Source of the DNA: Candidatus Delongbacteria bacterium
Lineage (GTDB): Bacteria > CAIWAD01
DNA: 64,000 nucleotides
Direction: 5' to 3'
Assembly: GCA_963663545.1 (NCBI GenBank)
Contig: OY760505.1
Location: forward strand, 1,600,001 to 1,664,000
Part shown: positions 47,765 to 57,319 of the stretch, one piece after another
Layout: each line of letters begins with the position of its first letter
How positions within the stretch are numbered: the first letter of the stretch is position 1
The notes under the pieces: generated by a model
Told to the model about the DNA's origin: nothing
Databases searched by the model: none
The model's input: the letters and a program-made list of their open reading frames with translations, nothing else
Made by a program: the position numbers and the translations under genes

Positions 47765-47908
47765 CTACTCGTCACTCACCTTTGTGTTGCCCTGGTCGAC
47801 CTGGTCGTTGTCCTGGCGGACCTTGCCCTGGGTGCTTTCGGTCTGCACCTGGACATTCACTTCGGGATTGACGTTGACGATCACCTGCGGGACTTCATTG
47901 CGTTCCAT
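47765..47908 (-). CDS. 47-aa V/N/Q-rich phage peptide (absent from the ORF track)
   Basis: AAGGAGG RBS then ATG; MERNEVPQVIVNVNPEVNVQVQTESTQGKVRQDNDQVDQGNTKVSDE*; lies between the endolysin and the terminator. Confidence 0.7.
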   Translation of the reverse strand: MERNEVPQVIVNVNPEVNVQVQTESTQGKVRQDNDQVDQGNTKVSDE

Positions 47909-47922
47909 GCTTCCTCCTTTGG

Positions 47923-48348
47923 TTATGGTAGACGTAGAATGGCGAAGGGTGCGCCCCTGTAGCGAATAGGCCGGATGCGCACGAAGGCGTTCTCGGCGAT
48001 GGCCTCCTCCAGTGTGTCTGTACCCTGGCTTCCGCCACCGGCCTCGATGACAAAGCCCGGCGTGTGCAGCATGGCCACGTGGTAGACGCGACCTTCCTCG
48101 GCCCAGAAGACCAGGTCGCCGGGCACGGCCTCAGAAAGACTGACCGTGTTCTTTGCTTGGTGAAAGCGACTGAAGAGCCCGGCAGACGACAGCCGCTCGC
48201 GGGTTTTCAGGTGGCCACTGGCGCGCAGGGCTTCGCAGATGAAGCCGCTGCAGTCGGCGCCAGCGGGATCATCACCGCCCCAGTGATAGGGCGTGCCCAG
48301 CATGGACTCGGCGACCAAAAGGGCGATACGTGCGTGGGTGCGGTCCAT
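47923..48348 (-). CDS. NlpC/P60 (C40) peptidase, probable endolysin
   Basis: GTPYHWGG, DCSGF, PGDLVFW, YHVAM. Confidence 0.88.
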   Translation of the reverse strand: MDRTHARIALLVAESMLGTPYHWGGDDPAGADCSGFICEALRASGHLKTRERLSSAGLFSRFHQAKNTVSLSEAVPGDLVFWAEEGRVYHVAMLHTPGFVIEAGGGSQGTDTLEEAIAENAFVRIRPIRYRGAPFAILRLP

Positions 48349-48920
48349 CAGGCTGCCTCCCTTGTTTCGACGTGCCGACGGGCGTCCCGGAAGAGCTCGT
48401 CGGGGTCCGTGTTGTGGGCTTCCAGGCGCATGGCCCACTCAACCTTGGCCATCTGGAGGACCAGCACAGCCAGCTCGCTGCAGAACACACGATCTGCGCC
48501 CGGCTTGTTCCGGTTGATGGCCACGCGCGGCATTTTGCGCCAGTCCTCGTAGGGTGTGCCCTCGAAGTGGGTCAGCGCGGCCTTGATGGCCCAGCGCTCG
48601 CCGACAAGATCCAGCGGTAGAATGCGAACCTGGTGAGGCTCGTACTGCATCAGCACGCGGTCCAGGTGACGGCGTGACACACCGCCACGGGAAAGCGTGG
48701 AATCCACCAGCCAGCGGTAGCCAGCGTCGTGATCCACCAGGCCGACGTGGAAGGGAATGAAGAAGCGCTTGTCCTCGGGCAGCACATGATTGGCCGCCCG
48801 GCGCCAGAAGGCTGTTGACCAGGCAATGCCCTCCTCGAACAGGCCGGGCGCGTTGCCGAAGAAGACCAGGTCGCCGGTCTTCGAGGTATCCATGAGTGCG
48901 AGAGCTTGATCGCGTGTCAC
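48348..48920 (-). CDS. Permuted papain-like NlpC/P60 (YiiX/YaeF-like) protein
   Basis: GDLVFF, FHVGLV, GTPY, FCSELA, with the catalytic His before the Cys. Confidence 0.8.
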   Translation of the reverse strand: MTRDQALALMDTSKTGDLVFFGNAPGLFEEGIAWSTAFWRRAANHVLPEDKRFFIPFHVGLVDHDAGYRWLVDSTLSRGGVSRRHLDRVLMQYEPHQVRILPLDLVGERWAIKAALTHFEGTPYEDWRKMPRVAINRNKPGADRVFCSELAVLVLQMAKVEWAMRLEAHNTDPDELFRDARRHVETREAA

Positions 48921-48921
48921 G

Positions 48922-49254
48922 TCAGCTCCTCCGATTCTTCAAGACCGCCAGCAGTTCATGTAGGACGGCCGTGTTGTTCTCAATGCTTGTCTGTAGCCCT
49001 GTCATGATGCGCGCGTGCTCTTCGCTTCGGGCTTCGGCCAGAAGGATAGCCTTGTCAATGGCGCGTACCAGGTCGCGGGTTTCGGTCGCGATCGCGCGTG
49101 TTTCACGCGTCGCCTGGTAGTGGGCGGTTTCCTTGTCGCTGCCCTCAGTTGCCAGCTTGGGTGTCCAGAAGATCCGGCGCAGAAGCAGCACGCCTTCACC
49201 CAGGAGAACCAGGCTAACAACGACGTAGAGCAGGATGCTGGGGTCCGGTGTCAC
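48922..49254 (-). CDS. Single-TM coiled-coil protein, holin-like
   Basis: N-terminal TM helix, basic C-terminus, position upstream of the lysins. Confidence 0.55.
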   Translation of the reverse strand: MTPDPSILLYVVVSLVLLGEGVLLLRRIFWTPKLATEGSDKETAHYQATRETRAIATETRDLVRAIDKAILLAEARSEEHARIMTGLQTSIENNTAVLHELLAVLKNRRS

Positions 49255-49262
49255 ACAGCCTC

Positions 49263-51329
49263 CTAGTTCTCGATCTCGACTTGAAGGACGGCCTTCACGG
49301 CAGCCGAGTCAGCGTAAGCGTCAAACCAGCGGCTGGCCGTGATCTGGTCGGCCCAGGTACGGACGTGCCACGGCAGTGTGATGCCAGAAAGCCCAAGCGA
49401 GCGGCAGTTGGCCAGCGCCTTCATGGGCGTCTCCCAGCCCTTGCGGTAGCGGCTGATGACCGGGTCCGCCTGAGCGCTTGTCTGCGGACCCATCGGATAG
49501 AAAGCGCCCGAAGGCTGTGAAGGCAGAATGCCTGGCATGGCAAGGCCGCCATGCATCACCTGCCAGTCTGTGCGCGAGAAGCAGGTCCTCGCTGAGAGTT
49601 CAAGGCTTCCTTCGTCCACATGGTCGTAGGCAAGGGCAAAGCAGTTGCTAGCCTCGCCGTAGCCCTGGGCGTCTCCAGAGGACGAATAGAACAAGTAGTC
49701 GACCGGATCGCCCGCCACAATGTTGTTGGCATAGACAATGCCCGTAGACTCAACACCGCCCCAAGCCCCGTCATCGAACACATAAGCGGTAGCGGCTCCC
49801 CGGTTGTGGATCTCAAGGAGGTTGTTGTACAGCGTGTTGTTTACTCCCGCAAGCATGACAGCACGGCAATTGGAGCCCTCTGCGTAATGCAGGCGCAACG
49901 TGTTGTTGTAGAAGGGGATCGACTGTCCCTTCAGCACAGCGCCCCACTGCACATGCCCATCAGTGCGCGCGTACTCCTCGAATGTGTTGTCGTGATACGC
50001 GTTGTGATACGCGCCCAGGGTATCGTCTACCCAGGCGTAGTAATAGGTAGCGCCCCCATAGGTACCACGCGTGTCGTCGTCCCCGTCTAGAATGAGGTGG
50101 TGTGCGGGTGTGCGAATGGTATTGTGGTGCACCTCTGACCACTTAGCGAGGAAGTGCAGTGCGTGATCGATAGCCATGTCTGCGGGATCGTGCAGAATCT
50201 CGTTGTAGGCAACCTCCCAGCCTGCGCCCACGTTCTTTGTGGAGTCATTGCCGGACACCGCCCAGATGCCGCCTGCCTCAATCCGATTGTGCGTAATCTG
50301 TACATCGTCGTAGTAGTTGCAGACATAGAGCGCACTCATGCTGGCAGTACCCGACTTAAACTCGCGTGATACAGTGCACTCTGTGATGTAAGCCCCAGCG
50401 AGCGTGCTGTCTTTTGTGAGCACACTCGGGCGGAGGTAGATGCCAGACAATGTACTCTCGCCCCTCTTCGTGGGGTAGATGCGCACATCAGACAGACCGA
50501 ACCACTTCACGCCGGTACCATACACAGCCGTAGTACTGACGCTGTTGTAGTCGCGGAACTCTACATCCTCCATCCATAGACTATCCACAGAGTTGCCCTC
50601 GTAGCTGGAGCCCGCGATCAGCCTCCCGCCACTTATCAGGACATGACGCAAGGTGAGGCTACGCATTTTGCCCGAGAACTCGAGGGAACCCCCCAGTACG
50701 CGCGTGTTCTCGATCAGGTGCGCTACATGAGGAGTTCCGGCATTGGTCGCTAAAAATCCGCAGTTGATCAGAGTGCAGTCTTTCAGCGTGAGAGCAACAT
50801 CTGCGGCCATGTAAGCGGCATAGATCAGGCTGGGGTTCGTTGATGTGAACGTGCAGTTTGTAAAGGTGCCGTGCCAGGAGCCATAGAAGCGGAGCATGGC
50901 CGTACTACTGGCTGTGACACCCCAGCGTGGCGAGCGAAACTCGCAATCCGTGAACAGCCAGTCCGTCGCGTTGTAGATCCAAGCCGACATCTCCAGCGTG
51001 CAGTTGTCCCAGACCCAACTGTCATTATCCACAAAGGTGAGCTTGTCGACCGTCGTTAAGTAGACGATGGGGTTTCCGTTACCCCGGATCACAACATTGT
51101 CAATATCACTGCACGTCACATCCGTTGTATCGGACTGGAACACCGGTCCGATCTGTATCACCTCATCGCCCGTGGCCAGAAGTGTATCCAGCAGATGTGT
51201 CACACGCGTAGTCCAGACCTCCTGGTGATAGCCGGTCGTATCGGCCTCACCAAACAGGATGACCTTGGCAGTGGATAGCTGCACAGCCAGGAGGATGCAC
51301 AGCAACAGGATCACGGTCTTCGTCTTCAT
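49263..51329 (-). CDS. Right-handed beta-helix protein with Sec signal peptide (tailspike-like or lysogenic cargo)
   Basis: AAGGAGG RBS; MKTKTVILLLCILLAVQLSTA; repeated FTDCEF/FTNCTF/HNRI/YNEI/HHNTI/YNNTL rungs. Confidence 0.75.
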   Translation of the reverse strand: MKTKTVILLLCILLAVQLSTAKVILFGEADTTGYHQEVWTTRVTHLLDTLLATGDEVIQIGPVFQSDTTDVTCSDIDNVVIRGNGNPIVYLTTVDKLTFVDNDSWVWDNCTLEMSAWIYNATDWLFTDCEFRSPRWGVTASSTAMLRFYGSWHGTFTNCTFTSTNPSLIYAAYMAADVALTLKDCTLINCGFLATNAGTPHVAHLIENTRVLGGSLEFSGKMRSLTLRHVLISGGRLIAGSSYEGNSVDSLWMEDVEFRDYNSVSTTAVYGTGVKWFGLSDVRIYPTKRGESTLSGIYLRPSVLTKDSTLAGAYITECTVSREFKSGTASMSALYVCNYYDDVQITHNRIEAGGIWAVSGNDSTKNVGAGWEVAYNEILHDPADMAIDHALHFLAKWSEVHHNTIRTPAHHLILDGDDDTRGTYGGATYYYAWVDDTLGAYHNAYHDNTFEEYARTDGHVQWGAVLKGQSIPFYNNTLRLHYAEGSNCRAVMLAGVNNTLYNNLLEIHNRGAATAYVFDDGAWGGVESTGIVYANNIVAGDPVDYLFYSSSGDAQGYGEASNCFALAYDHVDEGSLELSARTCFSRTDWQVMHGGLAMPGILPSQPSGAFYPMGPQTSAQADPVISRYRKGWETPMKALANCRSLGLSGITLPWHVRTWADQITASRWFDAYADSAAVKAVLQVEIEN

Positions 51330-51346
51330 GGTTCACATCCTCCTTG

Positions 51347-52045
51347 TTAGCTGGGGGTTCCGCCCCAGGAATTGCCACAGACTTCTACCCAGCTGTAGCC
51401 CAGCTCCGTGCGCAGGCAGACGTAGAGCGTGCAGGCCTCGGAATTGAGGCGCACGAGCATGCGGCGGTAGTAGGAAGCGCTAGCCGTGGGCAGTGTTGAG
51501 ACCTCGGGCAGAATGGGATAGCCGTTTGCATCGACGGGCAGGTAGCTGCCAGCGTGCGTGTGGTTGCCAGCGGCGACAGTGCCGGACCCGGTGCCGACAT
51601 CCAGCGCGGCAGCACCGCCCAGCTCAAGCAGCGTGCTCAGGTAGCTCACATCCGAAAAGACGAAGTAGCCCTGGGCGTTCATGTAACACAGGCTGGCGCT
51701 TTCGCGGTCGTGGCCCCAGTTGTACCAGGCTTCGAAGAGGTCGCCAGCCAGGTCCGTACCCCCCGGGTTCACGTGCGCCTGGTTCTCCAGCTCAGGCAAA
51801 AGGACTCCCTCGACGTAGACATCGTAGCTGCCTGTGGCCAGGCTGCCGCTGGTGACATACGCACCGTAACTGCCGGTGGTGGTGTAGTTGCCATCGCCCA
51901 GATCTGCGACAGTGACCGTGCCGCCTGTATCACTTGCGCGCGTACTGGCCACGATCGTGGAAGCACCCGTCTGCTTTAGCTGCACGAGCTTGCCCGGTAA
52001 GGGGTTACCGGAATTGTCCTGCAGGAACACACTGAACTTGGACAC
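51347..52045 (-). CDS. Tail fibre/tip-associated protein
   Basis: Ig-like N-terminus; AAALDVGTGSGTVAAGNHTH fibre motif; VSTLPTAS...LYVC C-terminal motif. Confidence 0.65.
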   Translation of the reverse strand: MSKFSVFLQDNSGNPLPGKLVQLKQTGASTIVASTRASDTGGTVTVADLGDGNYTTTGSYGAYVTSGSLATGSYDVYVEGVLLPELENQAHVNPGGTDLAGDLFEAWYNWGHDRESASLCYMNAQGYFVFSDVSYLSTLLELGGAAALDVGTGSGTVAAGNHTHAGSYLPVDANGYPILPEVSTLPTASASYYRRMLVRLNSEACTLYVCLRTELGYSWVEVCGNSWGGTPS

Positions 52046-52054
52046 AAAGGCCTC

Positions 52055-52516
52055 CTATAGAACCGCGACACGCGTCAGGCGCATGCCGAGTACACTTCGA
52101 TTTGGAGTGGGAAGACTACCCAGTCGTGATACAGCCCGAAAGACTACGCGCGCGCCCGGCTGGGCACCGTCGACGGAAGGCGGCAGCTCTTCGTAGTCCA
52201 TGACGCGGACGACGAACTGCCAGCTGGGCAAATCCAGGTGCGGGCGGAAAACACAGGTGTCAGCGGCGCGGTTGTTGTACAGGCGCACCAGTAGATCCAG
52301 CTGCTCGTCACGCAGGCTTCGCCCGTCACTTCCCGAGTGATACGTCAGTTCATAGACCAGGCGGTGGGCTGTATCACCGAAGATGTCGTTGCCCATCTGA
52401 TTCACCCAGCACTCGTCTACCTCGCGCTCCCACTTGGGATCACGCCCTGCGGGCGTCGGCAGGGTCACGCTCTGGCCATAGGCGATCAGTTGGGGCTTTC
52501 CCTTGCCGTAATACAC
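52055..52516 (-). CDS. Phage tail-region hypothetical protein (distal-tail-like position)
   Basis: GTG 52516 with GGAGG RBS, coupled to the upstream stop; 153 aa. Confidence 0.6.
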   Translation of the reverse strand: MYYGKGKPQLIAYGQSVTLPTPAGRDPKWEREVDECWVNQMGNDIFGDTAHRLVYELTYHSGSDGRSLRDEQLDLLVRLYNNRAADTCVFRPHLDLPSWQFVVRVMDYEELPPSVDGAQPGARVVFRAVSRLGSLPTPNRSVLGMRLTRVAVL

Positions 52517-54080
52517 TAGCGGCCCTCCCGGATGGTGTGATACCGGAAGCGCTGCTCGTCTGTGCTGAAGTCCAGGTTGACCCATGTACCAGCGGGCGAA
52601 GCCGCAAGCAAACGAGCGTTTTCCGGCAGAAGCGAGATTGGGAATTCGGCATCGCGCACGGGCACAGGGCCACCGAAGCGGTCTACATACCACCAGTTCA
52701 AGGCCACCACATCACCGGCGCTGTAGTCAAGACGAAGCGGTCGTCTGCATCTGCGTCCGGGTCCTGTGTTTCCACACTGACCTCAGGCGGTGATACCGTC
52801 TCGACACTGTTCTCAACCGGCTTCAGTGCAAAGCGTGGATCTGGATCAGCGACGGAAATCTCGCCATCGGCGCGTGGCACAAAAACAACGGTCGAGCCCT
52901 CGAACTTCAGCATGTGGCCCGTCACCAGCGCAAAGACCTGCAGAAGGTCAGCCATGGACTTGTTCGCCCAGCGGCCCTTGATGATTTGAACCAGAGGGTC
53001 ACTCCACCAGGTGGCAAAGACACTTGCCGCTAAGGGCGGAGTGCTGTTGGCTGCGGCCCTGAAGGAGCGCACAAAGGCCCATGTGCCTTGCGGTGCGTCA
53101 TGGAACCCGATGATTTCATAGTCTGTGACCTCACCCCCCACTTGCCGCTTAACCCACCCAAGAGCGATCGAATCCGGAACACGCTCGCTTTCCATCGGAA
53201 GCTCTGTGCTACAGCCGATGTAGGAGTTCCATTGGCTATAGGCCTCAATACCTTCAAGCTCCTCCGTGAAGAGGGCCTCGGCAATGCCATTCTCAGGCAA
53301 TCCGTTTTCCGGAAGCGCCCAGTACTGAACGAGCCAGCGGCTCGGAGTCTCGAAGCGTCTCTGAACGCTAATCACAAGCCGTCCGTCGTAGTAGCGGCGT
53401 GCAATGCAGAGAGCGTTGAGCCGCTCGTTGTACGGTGCGTAGTCCCACTCTGGGTACATCCTGGGGATCAGATCGCCGTGATACTTGAGCTGGGGTGCGT
53501 CTCTGTCATAATAGGGGATGGGCAAAGTAGAGGTTGCACCGTTCGACAGGTAGCCGAGAAGCCCCTCTTGTGGTGGTGTTAGCTCATGTGGACCTAGCCC
53601 TTGAACAGGATTCTCAGGGTCGCCAAGCACTTGCACCGACCACTCGAGTGCGGGGTAGTTGGTTGGACGTTCTTCGTTGTACGTCGACAGAAGGTGCATT
53701 GCAACAGTGCTTAGGGGTCCTCCAAAGCGGCCCAGGTCGAAGACCCAGCGCAGACGCCCGTCCTCGCCGAATTCCTGCGAACCCGCCATGACTTCCTTCA
53801 GCGCCAGTGCTGGAGGATCAACCGTGATACGCGGCACATGCGTGGAAACGTCTTCCAGCTTTCCGATCTGGCCTGAAAGCGTGAACCGCTTTGTCGACAC
53901 CACGCAGGCCATGCCAACAACAGGTGTCACAGGCGCACTATCGTGCAGACGGAAGTCAAAGGACGAGACTCGCCACTCGAACCAGCCCGCGCCCTTGACG
54001 GAGGTTTCCAGCCACTCGGGCAGATCCTTGGTGACCACCCAGTAGGTAACATCGACGCCATCCAGCCAGACGCGGATCAC
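52516..54080 (-). pseudogene. Phage tail/baseplate-hub-like gene split by a 1-nt frameshift near 52740
   Basis: ORFs 52698..54080 and 52516..52710 join into 521 aa (..DADADD-PLRLDYSAGDVVALNWWY..) if one C is restored. This may be a sequencing error. Confidence 0.6.
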
Positions 54081-56815
54081 GAGAGCCTCCCGCGGTTGGC
54101 GTGGGAGAGCGCGCGAGCGGTTTCTGCAGGTGCGCTGGCCATGATGGTCTCCAGCCGACTCAGGCGAGTGTCAACGCTCTTGAGTAGCGCGTGGCTTTGT
54201 GTATCACCGGCTCCATTCTGGAGGGCTGCCTGGATAGCTACCGGAATGATCTCGCTTTGGATCACGCTCTTGAAGTCGTGCATCGGTGCAACCAGCTCAG
54301 GGCCGGTCTTGTGGATGGCTTCGCCCATAAGCGCCATCATGGGGCGGTCAATCAGGCCGCCGGTCTCGAAAGCGGTGATCGCCCCTTTTGCAGCAGCAAA
54401 CAGTCCTTCGATCAGGATGAACTTGGGCAGGTTCTTACCAATGGACGTCCAGTTCATGATCCCTTCGGCGGTCATCCAGGCCTCAGAGATCAGCATTTTG
54501 ATGCGCAGCGCGTCGACGGCGGTCACCAGCACCGCCTTGAGCATGTTCTTCCAGCCTTCGTCCGCGCCTGCGGCTGCTGCACCAAAGGCATTACCGATGG
54601 TCACGGCGGCGTTCTGGTACAGGCCGACGCGGAACTGCAATCGCTGCTGCTCTTTCTGCATCAGCTGCTGCTGGAGCTTGGCGCGATTCTCTTCTGCAGC
54701 CTTCTCAGCAGCCAGGCGCTTGGCCTCTTCTGACTCGTAGAGCTGGGTCAGTTCGACGTAGTACTTGGCCCAGTCGTCCTTGCTGGTGTCCTGGCTGAAG
54801 AGCTGCTCTTCCAGCCACTCACGGCGCGCGTCGGTAGAAATGCGCGAGAGGATCTCGGCGTACTTGCCAGCGTCTTCCGCCTGCTGCTGGATCACATTCC
54901 CTACACTTGCATCCGGTGCCGGGAGCTTCGGCTGCGCCATGGTGCCTAGCTGTTCATTGTACTGCCCGAGCTTCCCTTGAAGCACTTCCATCTGGGCTCG
55001 CAGTTCGGCGTTTGTATCACGCAATCCCTGAGCACGCGTATCAAGATCGCCGATGGCCTGGGCGGCTGTGTTCTCGATGCTGCGCAGCGCCTGCTCACTT
55101 TGCGCAAGCTCGCTTGTGAACTCGCGCGCGCCATTGCGGAAAGGCATGGAGGGATCGAAGCCACCAAGCGCTGTGCCGGAAACACCCGAATTCGACAGCA
55201 TGTCGTACCACGCAGAGAGATCTAGTCCCGTTTCCGCCATCCGCTCCTCGAACTGGAGCTTGATGGCTTCTACGGCTTCCTGCACGTCATCCGCCGACTG
55301 TCCTGGATCCAGTTTCAACTGAAGGAACTCTTCCAGGTTCACGCGCTGACTGGGCATCTCGGAGAGCGCCTCGTTGTTCTCGATGATCTGGCGCTGCAGC
55401 CGGGCCGCCTCTTCGAAAGTCTCCGTGTAGAGATCCTTCAGGGCGGCCTGGCGGATGTTCTCCTGAAGCGCCTGGGTAGCCTGGCGAATGGCCGAGGAGA
55501 TATCGGTCCAGCTGCCCTTCTGGAGGTCAATGTCCGCAGTCAGCTCCGGGAACTCATCATGCAGCCGTGCTACAGCCGCGCGCAGCTGCTCCTGCTCGCC
55601 TTCGGTCAGATCCGACTCACCACGCAAGAGGCGCACCTGCTCAATCAGCGAAGAGAAGTTGTGCAAGCGCTCGCGTGCTACAAACTCCTCATCGCGCGCA
55701 AGACCGCCGAAGGCCTTGGTCATACCGGTGGCCAGGTCAGCCAGCGTGGGAAGCACAGCGTCGCCAGCTACGCGTGCCCAAGCCGACATGTGATTCTTGA
55801 TGATCTCCCAGGCGTTGGCGCCGGTGCGCATCTTCTCATAGGCAGCCTCAGACGCGCCCACACTGTCGTTCAGTGCGTCCAGCTTCTTGGTGTACATGTC
55901 GAACTGTTCACCCGATAGCGCCATTGCGCCGGTCATGGCCTCGACTTCGGGCACCAGGCGGGCAATCTGTTCGCTGTTGCCGCCGGTCTTGTTCTTCATC
56001 TCCTGCAGAAGGCCGATGAGACCCTGTGCGCGTGCGCCCTCTGCGTTCCACTCAATCCCCAGCTCCTCAGCGGCTTCCTTGGCGTCCTTGCTGGGACGCA
56101 CGAGGCTGACCAGCATGCCACGCAAGGCGGTGACGGCTTCCGGCGTGCGCAGGCCGCCCGCTGTCAGCGTGGCCACCGACGCCAGGACTTCCTCAAGGGA
56201 CAGTCCCAGCTGTTTGGCCTGAGGCAGCACCTTACCGATGGAGGGAGCCAGCTCGCCAAAGGTCGTCTTGCCCTCGCGCACGGTCACAAAGAGCAGGTCG
56301 CTCATGTGTTCTGCGTACTCAGCGCCCAGGCTGTAGGCGTTGAGCATGTTGGTGATACCGTCCACCGCGGTAAAGGCATCTGTAACACCGCCGACAGCGG
56401 CCTTGGCACTGATTTCAAGCACGTCAAGCGATTGACCGGTCTGTGTCACGCCAGCGGAGATGGTCTGATAAAGACCTTTGCCCAGCTCGCTTGCCGCCTG
56501 CGGAAGTTCCAGGGACATTTCAACCACGCGGTCGGACAGCCGCCCGAACTGGCGCTCGGACATATCGGTCAGGGTGTAGACTTCAGATAGCGAGGTCTGC
56601 AGCTCCATCGAGGACTGCACACCGGCGCGCAGCGATGCCAGGCCGGACACGATGCCGGTGAGCGGCAGTAGCACGCTGTTGGCGGCACTGGCGGCCATGG
56701 TGAAGGGCGTAGGAAGCGTAGTGCCCAGCTTCTCGGACTCGCTGCCCAGGACGCTGAACTTGCCCATGACATCGCCGATGTCAGCAAAAACCCTGATGCC
56801 CAGATCGTTACGCAC
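54077..56815 (-). CDS. Tail tape measure protein (TP901-type core)
   Basis: 912 aa helical; ELGKGLYQTISAG, AKAAVGGVTD, TVREGKTTFGELA, EAVTALRGML; follows the chaperone. Confidence 0.93.
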   Translation of the reverse strand: MRNDLGIRVFADIGDVMGKFSVLGSESEKLGTTLPTPFTMAASAANSVLLPLTGIVSGLASLRAGVQSSMELQTSLSEVYTLTDMSERQFGRLSDRVVEMSLELPQAASELGKGLYQTISAGVTQTGQSLDVLEISAKAAVGGVTDAFTAVDGITNMLNAYSLGAEYAEHMSDLLFVTVREGKTTFGELAPSIGKVLPQAKQLGLSLEEVLASVATLTAGGLRTPEAVTALRGMLVSLVRPSKDAKEAAEELGIEWNAEGARAQGLIGLLQEMKNKTGGNSEQIARLVPEVEAMTGAMALSGEQFDMYTKKLDALNDSVGASEAAYEKMRTGANAWEIIKNHMSAWARVAGDAVLPTLADLATGMTKAFGGLARDEEFVARERLHNFSSLIEQVRLLRGESDLTEGEQEQLRAAVARLHDEFPELTADIDLQKGSWTDISSAIRQATQALQENIRQAALKDLYTETFEEAARLQRQIIENNEALSEMPSQRVNLEEFLQLKLDPGQSADDVQEAVEAIKLQFEERMAETGLDLSAWYDMLSNSGVSGTALGGFDPSMPFRNGAREFTSELAQSEQALRSIENTAAQAIGDLDTRAQGLRDTNAELRAQMEVLQGKLGQYNEQLGTMAQPKLPAPDASVGNVIQQQAEDAGKYAEILSRISTDARREWLEEQLFSQDTSKDDWAKYYVELTQLYESEEAKRLAAEKAAEENRAKLQQQLMQKEQQRLQFRVGLYQNAAVTIGNAFGAAAAGADEGWKNMLKAVLVTAVDALRIKMLISEAWMTAEGIMNWTSIGKNLPKFILIEGLFAAAKGAITAFETGGLIDRPMMALMGEAIHKTGPELVAPMHDFKSVIQSEIIPVAIQAALQNGAGDTQSHALLKSVDTRLSRLETIMASAPAETARALSHANRGRLS

Positions 56816-57319
56816 GCTTGCGCATTCCTCGCATGATGGTGAGCCATTTCAGCGCCTGCGTGTAGGGCAGGTCAGAAATGGCGTCTTCGCGTGTTACATC
56901 TTCCTGGCAAAGGAGGTAGACCAGTTCAGCCAGGCGCTTGCGAAGGCCTAAGGGCGTGTCATCGACAAACAGCTCTTCCAGTGCCCCCCGACGCTTCGCC
57001 AGGCGCTCCAGCTCCTTCAGGTACGGCGCTACGCGCTTCTCGGCGCAGCGCTGCTGGCGAAAAAAGCCTGAAGGGCTCCTTGCAGCTCGCTGAAAGGAAT
57101 GGTGCCCTCGTCGATCTCATCGAAGGGACCCTCCAGCAGCAGCGCCAGGTAGCGCTTGAGCTTTCCTTCCTCGCGCGCAAGCTTCAGTGTATCACGCAGC
57201 GTGCCGCCCACGAGCTTCAGGCCGGTTTCCTCTTCCAGTTCAAGCAGCTGATCCATGCGGCGCACGGTCAGTTCGGGAAGGAGCTGAAAGAGCTTTTCCT
57301 GGATCACAACAGCGCTCAT
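56808..57319 (-). CDS. Tail assembly chaperone, -1 frameshift-extended product (gpGT-like)
   Basis: Slippery T TTT TTC at 57065-57059. The -1 frame is open to TAA at 56808 and overlaps the TMP start. Confidence 0.8.
57029..57319 (-). CDS. Tail assembly chaperone (gpG-like)
   Basis: 96 aa, between the tail tube and TMP, ending just after the slippery site. Confidence 0.8.
   Translation of the reverse strand: MSAVVIQEKLFQLLPELTVRRMDQLLELEEETGLKLVGGTLRDTLKLAREEGKLKRYLALLLEGPFDEIDEGTIPFSELQGALQAFFASSAAPRSA

Noticed and set aside
56984..56989. Second frameshift at the G6 run in the chaperone extension
   Set aside because: Recounting six Gs keeps the -1 frame open (CGG GGG GCA), so no extra shift is needed.
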